Below are positions 51,965 to 64,000 of a stretch of DNA of 64,000 nucleotides, piece after piece. The DNA comes from Octopus vulgaris (taxonomy: Eukaryota): positions 97,712,001 to 97,776,000 of the forward strand of contig OX597818.1 in the NCBI GenBank assembly GCA_951406725.2, in the 5' to 3' direction. The notes under the pieces are model-generated. The model saw only the letters and a list, made by a program, of their open reading frames with translations. It searched no databases and was not told where the DNA came from. Numbering within the stretch: the first letter of the stretch is position 1; each line of letters starts with the position of its first letter. The position numbers and the translations under genes are program-made.

Positions 51965-52675
51965 TGTCAGAATCGTCTACTTACGTTTAATAAATTGCCT
52001 GCAGATCGTCTTCGAAAATCACGAGGAAGATCGGTACCTGTATGCAGAGTTGAGGCTGCGATTACCAGTACCGTTCTTTTACCTGTCGTTTTCATCCCTT
52101 TTCCCTCATCGGCAGGACTATTCTTCTTCCCTGCGCTAAGTAGTTTTAAAGTAAAAGTCATTCCATGCGCCCCGGTCCCACTCTTCAGAGCTGGCGGTCT
52201 GACCACTGTGGATCAGCGAGCCAAGACGGCTGCGGTGACCAGGAAGCTGTAGGCTTTACATTGATGTAGTCATCTGTGAAGGCACATGGCTCAGTGGTTA
52301 GAGCGTCGAGCTTACGATCGTGAGGTTGCGAGTTTGAATCCTGGACCGGGCTGCGTGTTGTGTTCTTGAGCAAGACACTTTGTTTCACGTTGCCCCAGTT
52401 CACTCAGCTGTAGAAAGGAGTTGCGACGTCAAAGGGGCCAAGCTATAACGGCCTTTGCCTTTCCCTTGGATAACACTGGTGGTGTGGAGAGGGGAGGCCG
52501 GTATGCATGAGCGACTGCTGGTCTTCCATAAATCACCTTGCCTGGACTTGTGCCTCGGAGGGTAACTTTCTAGGTGCAATCCTACGGTCAGTCATGACCG
52601 AAGGGGGTCTCAGTAGTCATCTCTAAGGTGAATTACATTCCAGAGGTTGAGAGCCCCACCTACCCTAGGTTTAAT
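51965..52675 (-). mobile_element. Repeat fragment, possibly a LINE 5' region; second copy at 53483-53660
   Basis: About 170 bp shared (ctgcgctaagtagttttaaag...gacggctgcggtgaccaggaag...gtagtcatct). LINE identity is inference. Confidence 0.45.
52276..52612 (+). mobile_element. tRNA-derived SINE family D (CORE-like body) with 10-bp TSD
   Basis: gtagtcatct at 52266-52275 and 52613-52622; tggctcagtggttagagc head. Confidence 0.9.
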
Positions 52676-52750
52676 AGATATTTCAATACCAAATCCCTAT
52701 CTGATATACTGATGATACACGGGCCTTATGTGCCGCGACAGATTTCTACA

Positions 52751-52787
<37 letters not shown>

Positions 52788-53070
52788 AATGCTGACGTCA
52801 ATAGAATTTGAAAAACTTTAGGGAGACCGTGAACTAATTTTTTGGAATACTGGATTTCGAGGAACATCGCAAAAAAGAAAAAAAACCTTATAAATAACAA
52901 CATAAATTTTGTGTTGAAAACTCCATATGGATACTTGGTTTTATTTTTTAGGAAGTAATTTGTCCCGAAATCCGTTTTTTCAAAAAGGAATATATATATA
53001 TATATTTCGTTTTTGGATTTGGTTTGCAAGATTCTTTATTTGAGTTCGTGTGTTGAAGCATATTCTATTG

Positions 53071-53240
53071 TGTCTGGGGAGAGTCATTTTTTTTGTGCCT
53101 TATTATGTAACACACTCACAGGTAAAATTTCTACTGTTTTCTTATTCCTATTTTAGGAGAATAAAAATAAGAAAAAAGTGGAAATTTTACCGGTGAGTGT
53201 GTTACATAATAAGGCACAAAAAGAAAATGACTCTCCCCAG

Positions 53241-53243
<3 letters not shown>
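53071..53243. repeat. Imperfect inverted repeat, about 77-bp arms
   Basis: tgtctggggagagtcatttt..gtgccttattatgtaacacactcac and its reverse complement. Confidence 0.9.
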
Positions 53244-53307
<64 letters not shown>

Positions 53308-53353
53308 CGTACATATATACATACACACCACACACAAACACAGACTCACTCAC

Positions 53354-53425
<72 letters not shown>

Positions 53426-53948
53426 GCAACACCAAAAAAGTGAGACCTCGATATTAGATAAATAGAGGATTACTTCCATTATTGCAGGGCTTTTCTTCTT
53501 GCCTGCGCTAAGTAGTTTTAAAGCAAAAGTCATTCCGTGCGCCCCGATCCCACTCTTTAGAGCTGGAGGTCTGACCACCGTGGGTCAGTGAGCTAAGACG
53601 GCTGCGGTGACCAGGAAGTTGTGGCCTTACACTGATGTAGTCATCTGTAAGCTGAATTACTTCACACGGCTGGTGTACTATAATCACAACCTTATGCTGT
53701 CTGTTCTAAATTATAATATATATATACATATATATATAGAGAGAGAGAGAATGGTTGTATTCTGACAACATAACGTGACAGTCCCGTATGGGAATTACAC
53801 CACAGCTGTTTAGCCCTAGGAAGCATCGACGCTTCCTGTCGGCTTTGACACATTTCCTGTGCCCTTATATTTGTGAAGGGGAGGCAAGCAGCTCCACCAG
53901 CCAAGATTCACACCTGAGGACATGCATGTTTCTGGGTCTTAACCCGTC

Positions 53949-54100
<152 letters not shown>

Positions 54101-54331
54101 GTATAAAAACAAAGTGAAGTTGTAAGGTACCGCACGAGTATTTTTCCTTGTAGACTGTTTTTAACATTTTCTTATTATTATCAAAGAATGTATATATGTA
54201 TTGTAATATTTTGTGACAACCAGCACATAATACAACAAAGCTTTTACATTTTACTTTTGACAATCTTTTTCTAAAAAAGTGAAACCGGTCAAGTGAATAA
54301 ACACCTTTTAAAATTGCATTTTTGAACCTTC

Positions 54332-54376
<45 letters not shown>

Positions 54377-54684
54377 TAGTTTACAGATCCAATAGAGGTA
54401 GAATCAAGTTACTCCATCCAGTGAGAAATAAATATCAGTTTAATATGCAACACCAATTTGACAAAAGAAGCCTGTTTTTTCTTATTTTCTCACTGTTCAG
54501 TGTCCTTGTTTTTAAAATATATATAACGCATAAAAGGAGCCTGACAGATTGCTTTGAGATAAATGCCATATTTTATAAATATGCCTGTTCATAAAGTATG
54601 AAACTATTACTAGCATTTTCGATTGTGTATAAGATTGATTATGTGTATATATGTTTATATATATACATACATATTTTATATGTG

Positions 54685-54826
<142 letters not shown>

Positions 54827-55187
54827 TATGTTTTTTATACATACTTACAAACATATATATGTGTGCATATATATATTTATAATAAGTGTAGGTGGTATAC
54901 GAGTGGGTATATATTTATATAAAAAAAGTTTGAAAACGCCACTATATAAGATAAATTTTGATTTTCTTAGAAATTTGAACAGCTCTTAGCATGTATGAAT
55001 GTATATATAAGTATATATACACACATATATACATATATATGCATGTATGAATGTATATATATATATATATGCATATACACACGTATAAATATATATGTAT
55101 GTATCTATATATACGTAAATATATATGCATATATGAATATAGGTATACATATATATATGTATAAATATGTATATACATATGTATGTG

Positions 55188-55237
<50 letters not shown>

Positions 55238-55751
55238 TATATATATATATTATATATAACTTATATTATATATAACTTATAAGCCAATGCATTTAGCAGA
55301 GTATAATCTGTCGTAGTTCCACTTGAGAACATAATAGTTATTACAGAACATAACTATATAAAAACATACAAGCCCAAATATGAAGCCACTCTTCTGTTCG
55401 AGTGTTATGTATACTGCATTCTTTAGGTGCTTCTTGGAAACATCACTGTTGCACGCAATCAGAACCGGGATTCCCCGACAAATTTCCGGAAGACATTAAT
55501 TTGCATATGTTTAACAGAATGAGGCACATCAGCAGCCGACACCTAGAAAGTTTGCAGCCGGAATTGCCAATAGCATTGTGGATAATTTTTATACACTAAA
55601 AAAAATTAAAAAATAATACACAACTCGATTAATTACGTACACTTACACACATACACTTACAGACATCTACATATATATATGTATATGTACTTAAAAATGC
55701 GCACGCGAGCACACGCATATGTATACATACATAGATACATAAATACATACA

Positions 55752-55823
<72 letters not shown>

Positions 55824-56050
55824 CATATATCGGTTAGGCGCGAAATTACGACTGACCCGCTGGCTCGATAACAGATGAGTTGGCGCCCAACTACGTCTGT
55901 TTCTCGTTTGTTGGCGCGTATATTATATGTTACTTAAATAATTATGTCTATATATATAAAGATATATGTGTATATATATATATATGAATATATATACATA
56001 TATGTATATATATGAATATATATGAATATATATGTATATATATATGTATG

Positions 56051-56083
<33 letters not shown>

Positions 56084-56095
56084 GTATATATATAC

Positions 56096-56215
<120 letters not shown>

Positions 56216-56548
56216 GAATAATATATATGAATATCAAAGCAAGTGATAATTATTAGTTGTTATACAAACTGATATTTACAAATATATTGTTAGACATATG
56301 TAACACACATACACACACACACACACACATATATAAGCACACACACACACACATATGTATACATAAATATTTGTTGACTATTTTCAGCCTCAAGCATCAT
56401 ATATGCGCGATATATCATCTTGGTATTATTAGTATCATAAGTCCAATAAATATAGTCATGAGCATATCACATAAGGCCCTAATTGCTCTAGTTCGCCTCT
56501 CTTTCATTCTGTACCATTTACTAGAGTGCACACACACGCTCACACACG

Positions 56549-56599
<51 letters not shown>

Positions 56600-56661
56600 A
56601 CACATATTCTATTATTTCTATTTTGTCTCTCTATCTCTGCCTCTTTATATACATACATACA

Positions 56662-56695
<34 letters not shown>

Positions 56696-56748
56696 CAAAC
56701 ATGCATATATACGTACGTACATACATAATATATACATACATATATATG

Positions 56749-56809
<61 letters not shown>

Positions 56810-56867
56810 ATATATGTATGTATATGCGTATGTGTGTGTGTGTTTGCGTATGTATGTATGTGTATGC

Positions 56868-56915
<48 letters not shown>

Positions 56916-56983
56916 GTATATATATATACATATACATATATATATATATACATATACATATATATATATATATGTATATGTAT

Positions 56984-57072
<89 letters not shown>

Positions 57073-57074
<2 letters not shown>

Positions 57075-57498
57075 TCTTTATTCCTTTACTTTTCAGTCAT
57101 ATAACAGCGGCCATTTTGAAGCACAGCCTTTAGTCGAACAAACCGACCCCAGGAATTATTATTTTGCTGCAAACCTAGTACTCGTTCTATCGGTTTCTTT
57201 TGCCGAACCGTTAAGTTACGAGGATGTAAAGACACCAGCACTGGTTGTCAAGCGACCAACAGAAACTCATACAAACATAAACAGAAACTCATACAAACAC
57301 ACACTAGCACACACACACACAGACACACACACACACACACACACACACGACGGGCTTCTTTCAGTTTCCGTCTACCAAATTCACTTGCAAGGCTTTGGGC
57401 GGCCCGAGGCAATAATAGAAGACACTTGCCCAAGGTGTCATGCAGTGGGACTGAACCTGGAAACATGTGGTTGGGAAGCAAGCTTCTTACTACACAAC

Positions 57499-57500
<2 letters not shown>
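57073..57500 (-). mobile_element. SINE family A, diverged
   Basis: Family body and tail. Confidence 0.85.
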
Positions 57501-57533
<33 letters not shown>

Positions 57534-57825
57534 CATGAAATAGGTATACATATAACCTATATAAGTTAAACCTACGTATATGAATATTCTATTACGTAGC
57601 ATAAAACAATAAAACAAACGAAATTTGTTCTCAAAACTGTGTGTATATAAATGTATTTACACCTTTTTATGTAGCTATAAGCATAGATACACACACGAAC
57701 ATATACATGTATATTGTTTATATATGCACTGATACGTATATTCATATCTATTGATGTATGTATAAATATATGTATATTTGTAGACATATATGTATTTATG
57801 GAGTTTCCTCTGTGATATTTTTTAT

Positions 57826-57971
57826 AGGTGTATGAGTGGCTGTGTGGTAAGTAGCTTGCTTATGAACCACATGGTTCGGGGTTCAGTCCTACTGCGTGGC
57901 ACCTTGGGCAAGTGTATTCGACCAAAGCCTTGTGAGTGGATTTAGTAAACGGAAACTGAAAGAAGTCCGTC

Positions 57972-58021
<50 letters not shown>

Positions 58022-58213
58022 TTGTGTGTCTGTGTTTGTCCCCTATGCTGATATGTTTACGTCCTCATAACTTAGCGGTTCGCCAAAAGACACCGATAGA
58101 ATAGGTAATAGGCTTACAAAGATTGAGTCTTTGGGTCGATTTGCTCGACTAATGACGGTGCTCCAGCATGGTCACAGTCAAATGACTGAAACAAGTAAAA
58201 GAGCAAAAGAAGA
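57826..58213 (+). mobile_element. SINE family A
   Basis: gagtggctgtgtggtaagtagcttgc head. Confidence 0.9.
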
Positions 58214-58260
58214 GTATATATATAAATGTATAACTGTATTTACAAATGTATGCATATATA

Positions 58261-58321
<61 letters not shown>

Positions 58322-58723
58322 ATGTATGTATATAAACGTGAGTTTTGTGCATTTCCGATATCTATTTGTATGCACTAAAAATATCCGTGAAATATGTGAA
58401 GTAACGAAAATTTCTCATATCCTTTGAAACTGTATCAGGACCTACAGCAAAGATATCTTAGATAATCTGAACAGATTTCCACCAAAAACGTTCATCAAAC
58501 CCTTTAGAATTATGCGCTTTCAAAATATGATAGAAAATTTTTACCTTTGGTTTCATTTAAGATATATACTTTATGTGTCGTAACTTGTCGGAAGTTAATC
58601 TAAAGTGTGTTTATATAAACTTAGGTACAAAATATAGAACAAAATCCATACAATATAAGTGAAAGTTACGTAAATTAAATTCTATATATGTATATATGTG
58701 TGTGTGTGTGTATGTATGTATGT

Positions 58724-58807
<84 letters not shown>

Positions 58808-58854
58808 CTGTATATAGATATATATAGGTATGTATGCAAATATATATATTTATA

Positions 58855-58906
<52 letters not shown>

Positions 58907-58916
58907 ATACATACAT

Positions 58917-58961
<45 letters not shown>

Positions 58962-59299
58962 CATGCGTATACGAATATATGTGTGCGTTCATGCATTATA
59001 CAAATACATATATAAACCCACATATATTTATATAGATAGGAATACAGATTGATCTATATAAGATAAATTTAAATGTAAATTTTATCAAAGGGAAGCCAAA
59101 ATATTACAAAATAGTATATTCTCAATTAGATATCAAGAAATTGGTAGCTTGGATCTTAGCATTTGATAAGAAAAAAAAATCTCTTGCCGTCATCATTTGA
59201 TTTAACTCACTTCACAACTGAACCGAAAGAACTTTAGAAAGTTGGAAAATATTTTGTGTGCGAGTGTATGTACGTATGTACACACACACACACACACAC

Positions 59300-59404
<105 letters not shown>

Positions 59405-59476
59405 TATATATATGTATATACATACATAGATGCATACACACACATATGTATATATATAGATATATATACATACTTA

Positions 59477-59766
59477 TAGGCGTAGGAGTGGCTGTGTGGT
59501 AAATAGCTTGCTTACCAGCCACATGGTCTTCTACTATAGCCTCGGGCCGACCAAAGCTTTATGAGTGGATTTGGTAGACGGAAACTGAAAGAAGCCCGTG
59601 TTTGTGTGTGTGTATGTTTGTGTTTGTTTCCCCAACATCGCTTGAAAACCGATGCTGGTGGTTCGAGACCGATAGAAAAGTCCTGGGGTCGATTTGCTCG
59701 ACTAAAGGCGGTGCTCCTGCATGGCCACAGTCAAATGACTGAAACAAGTGAGAGAGTAAAAAGAGT
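59477..59766 (+). mobile_element. SINE family A with internal deletions
   Basis: aggcgtaggagtggctgtgtggtaa head and family tail. Confidence 0.85.
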
Positions 59767-59774
59767 ATATATGT

Positions 59775-59812
<38 letters not shown>

Positions 59813-60090
59813 ATAACATAAGTGATATATAAACATATGCCTATATACATACATGTATGTACATAGCTACATCTATATGTATATATACATACATATATGG
59901 GTACAGGACACCAAAAAAACGTTGGTGAACACAATGAGAAATGAAAACATAAAAACAAAAACATGGAAACGAACTTTTTTCAAACAACGAAAAAAAGCAG
60001 AGTACATGACATACAACACAAGGAATATTTCCCTTCCTCAGGTGTACCTGTTTCGTCTACTCCGCGTATATATATATATCTATATCTATA

Positions 60091-60183
<93 letters not shown>

Positions 60184-60483
60184 AAACATGTATATGTATG
60201 TATGTTGATTGACAGATAAATTGTTGAGGGCATATGCATTTAACAACTCTGACAACGTGAAAACTTTTTAAGAATTATGATTCTCGAATCGAAAAGAACT
60301 ATTATTATAACATATGAATATTTGGGTAAATCCTCTTTGCATATATTGTCCCCTACTTCGGGGCAACCTTGACCTTTAATAACCCAAAATGTTTTTAATA
60401 CTCTATTTAAACGCTATTATTTATAGCCGTATTTGCTTCAAGATTCACCACTTCTGAAAAGATTACAGTGTGCGTGCGTGTGT

Positions 60484-60529
<46 letters not shown>

Positions 60530-60608
60530 TTGTACATATATATATACATATATACTTACATATATATGTATATATATACAAATATGTATAGATGTGTATA
60601 TATGTATA

Positions 60609-60669
<61 letters not shown>

Positions 60670-61139
60670 TAATCCATTCTTGTTGCTTTTTTCTCGTTTA
60701 TAATCACCCCACATTATTGTATGGTTAATACCATATAGTTTTCTGGTGCATCTAAGTTAAGTACCGCATTCAAGTGAATTCATTAGAACTGACTTGAATC
60801 TTAATTGCTTTTACTTATATATATATATATGTGTGTGTGTGCGTGTATTATATATATATATATATATGTATCCGTATGTGCGAGTATATTATTGTTTAAC
60901 AAGAATAGTGTTGTCAGTGACTTCGAAGATTCGGCCTGCTAACAAATCATCGGAGTGCAAGTGACTTTAAAGGCTCTTCGTTAAAGAAGAGTAAATATCT
61001 TCTGTACAAAAGGCATTGAGTAAATCCTTCAGTTCAAGCTAAAATCCTTTTCATTGTAATTCGACATAAAAACAAACAATAATACATACAGACAGTCACA
61101 CACACACACACACACACAAACACACACACCTTACATGTA

Positions 61140-61361
61140 CGAGGTGGGTGCTGATAAGTTCCTGACTTTAGGTAGAAGAAAATACAGGAAGATCGGTTAA
61201 TTATGATTTTATCCAACATATACCCCTCTCAGAATCACACACTTATTTGCAGCAGCGGACCTTCAATTTTTCCAAGCCCTTTAAAAGAACTCGGAAAGTT
61301 CGGTCTCCAATCAGGCCTTCCACGACACCTGTAAAGTCAAGACCTTTTCAGCAACCTTTTG
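61140..61361. mobile_element. Mariner-type MITE
   Basis: TA flanks; cgaggtgggtgctgataagttcctgacttt / aaagtcaagaccttttcagcaacc ends. Confidence 0.78.
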
Positions 61362-61370
61362 TATATATAC

Positions 61371-61426
<56 letters not shown>

Positions 61427-61427
61427 G

Positions 61428-61458
<31 letters not shown>

Positions 61459-61492
61459 CATACATACATGCACACATACATACATTCATACA

Positions 61493-61531
<39 letters not shown>

Positions 61532-61567
61532 GGGATATATTTATATATATGTACGTACACACACACG

Positions 61568-61615
<48 letters not shown>

Positions 61616-61616
61616 T

Positions 61617-61649
<33 letters not shown>

Positions 61650-61713
61650 TTATAAGTACAAAGTGCGGTAGGGGTTATGAGTGTAACCCAGTTGGGATAT
61701 ATTTATATATTTG

Positions 61714-61846
<133 letters not shown>

Positions 61847-61865
61847 CATATATATATATAAATAT

Positions 61866-62240
61866 GGAGACGCAATGGCCCAGTGGTTAGGGCAGCTGAC
61901 TCGCGGTCGTAGGATCGCGGTTTCGATTCCCAGACCGGGCGTTGTGAGTGTTTATTGAGCGAAAACACCTTAAGCTCCACGAGGCTCCGGCAGGGATGGT
62001 GGTGAGCCCTGCTATACTCTTTCACCACAACTTTCTCTCACTCTTTTTCCTGTTTCTGTTGTACCTGTATTTCAAAGGGCCGGCCTTGTCACTCTCTGTG
62101 TCACGCTGAATATCCCCGAGAACTACGTTAAGGGTACACGTGTCTGTGGAGTGCTCAGCCACTTACACGTTAATTTCACGAGCAGGCTGTTCCGTTGATC
62201 GGATCAACTGGAACCCTCGTCGTCGTAACCGACGGAGTGC
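61866..62240 (+). mobile_element. SINE family C (tail type 1), full length
   Basis: tRNA-like head; matches 6592 and 41756. Confidence 0.92.
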
Positions 62241-62259
62241 TTCTATATATAAATATATC

Positions 62260-62348
<89 letters not shown>

Positions 62349-62811
62349 ATCGTTCATTCGTTTCAGTCATTGAGCTATGGTCATGCTAGTCATTGAGCTA
62401 TGGTCACCTCACTACTTCTTTCTTTTTCTTTAAGCTGGGAGTTATTCTACCACATATACCTACAAATATATGCAAATACATACATACATACATACATACA
62501 TACATACATACATACATACATACATACATACATAAATACAGACTTACATACATTCATATATGCATGTAAATACATACATACATGTATGCATATATATATA
62601 AAAAATAAAAGGCAAAAATTTAAAATTCATACTTACTTTTCAACACTCCTTGATTTATTATATTTTTACGTTCATCATTTCATATTCGTTATATTTCGAC
62701 CAATAAATATATATAAAAATATATTTATAGACATATACCAGTTTGTTTACTATATTTTTAATTGAGTCTCGTCTTTGGAAATTGAGTACCGTTTAGAATT
62801 CAACATAAGAA

Positions 62812-63030
62812 CATGACGGCCGCTGTTTTATTTTCAATTATTTTCAAAGCGGTTTTTGTTGTCAACGTCGTTCGGTGTTTTGATAGTCGTGTGGTCCGGA
62901 AGAGGCAGACGTAGCCTGCTTGACGAATGAATGAATGAGCGGAAGAGAAGCACATGCGCATTGTTTTTATATATAAAGGATTGGGTCGGCTACACGTGTG
63001 CCGTTGCCGCTGCTACCTCCTCCTGCTCCT
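62812..63030. promoter_or_regulatory. Candidate CpG-rich promoter
   Basis: Non-repeat CpG-rich patch with ccggaag (62896), gcggaag (62939), catgcgca (62953) and tatataaag. Confidence 0.25.
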
Positions 63031-63124
63031 CCTTCTCCCACCATTTTATTTATTTATTTATTTGTTTATTTTACGACTTAATTCTTTCGTTTTCTTATTC
63101 GCTGACAAGACAATCGGAGAGACT

Positions 63125-63613
63125 AATGCATATATACGAATGTATGCACATATATATGTATGTATCTGTGTGCGTGTATGTATATGTATCTATGCGTATA
63201 TATATATATGTATGTACGTACATATATATGTGTGCGTATGTGTGTCTGTATGTGCGTATGTGTGTCTGTATGTGCGTATGTATATGTATATAGGTAATAT
63301 GTACGCATGTGTGTGTTTGTATACATGTATGTATGTCTATACATATATACATGTATGTATATATATGCATATATGCGTACATACTCATATACATAATTAC
63401 ATACTTACATATATACTTGCAGTCATACATACATGCATACATACATACATACATACATACATACATACATACGTATAGACATACATACGTATATACATAC
63501 ATTCATACATACATACATACTTACATTCATACATATATACATACATACATACATACATACATAGCTACATACATACATACATACATACATATATACATAC
63601 ATACATACATACA

Positions 63614-63647
<34 letters not shown>

Positions 63648-63749
63648 CATACATACATACATACGTATATACATGCATACATACATGCATACATACATAC
63701 ACACATACATACATACATGCATACATACATACATACATACATACATACA

Positions 63750-63783
<34 letters not shown>

Positions 63784-63890
63784 CAAGTACATGTGTATTT
63801 GTGTATGCACGCATGCACGATATATGTTTGCAGGCATATATATATGTGTATGTATATGTACGTCGTATATGCCGTGTATGTATCTATGTG
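63125..63890. repeat. (TATG)n/(CATA)n compound microsatellite
   Basis: Direct reading; representative of dozens of similar tracts not listed individually. Confidence 0.95.
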
Positions 63891-64000
63891 TGTTCATTTG
63901 CAGTAGATGTGGATAGAGTCATTGAATCGTGTCCATAGTTCACCCGAATGAGTTTATGTTTACGTATAACCGTGTGCGTATTGTGTGTGCGTGTGCGTGT

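Noticed and set aside
54279-54297. gaaaccggtc hammerhead 3' half, and a similar degenerate motif near 13143
   Set aside because: No matching CUGANGA or stems, so too incomplete to call.
55380-55600. Unique segment with a minus-strand acceptor-like tract
   Set aside because: All frames stop early and there is no recognisable product; a UTR exon cannot be excluded.
55880-55891. tggcgcccaac, tRNA-Lys PBS-like
   Set aside because: Only an 11-nt match, with no adjoining LTR end or gag/pol.
56257-57543. 428-aa ORF and the many similar YI/HT/CV/MYVC-rich ORFs
   Set aside because: Translations of stop-free microsatellites and SINEs; no domain content.
61866-61940. tRNA-like sequences at SINE heads
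   Set aside because: A and B boxes are present but there is no closed cloverleaf, and each continues into a SINE body.

Overview
AT-rich eukaryotic DNA saturated with microsatellites and SINEs. The repeat families look like those of an octopod cephalopod (inference). No intact host gene is evident, and nearly all ORF-track entries are translations of (TA)n, (CA)n, (TACA)n or (ATT)n. Supported content: a near full-length, GC-rich, frameshifted RTE LINE (7038-10306) with a target-site duplication; a Chapaev3-type DNA transposon fossil with a nested non-autonomous Helitron; R4/Dong-like, CR1/L2-group and Penelope (GIY-YIG) fragments; mariner-type MITEs; at least four tRNA-derived SINE families; a 5S rRNA copy fused to a SINE/LINE tail; an orphan 5'ETS-18S fragment; several minimal hammerhead-like motifs; and a probable decayed class-B-like GPCR pseudogene. 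The most unusual signals are a SINE plus about 200 bp of unique flank copied in inverted orientation 38 kb away, the 5S-tail chimera, and a SINE split by a two-template inverted insertion.
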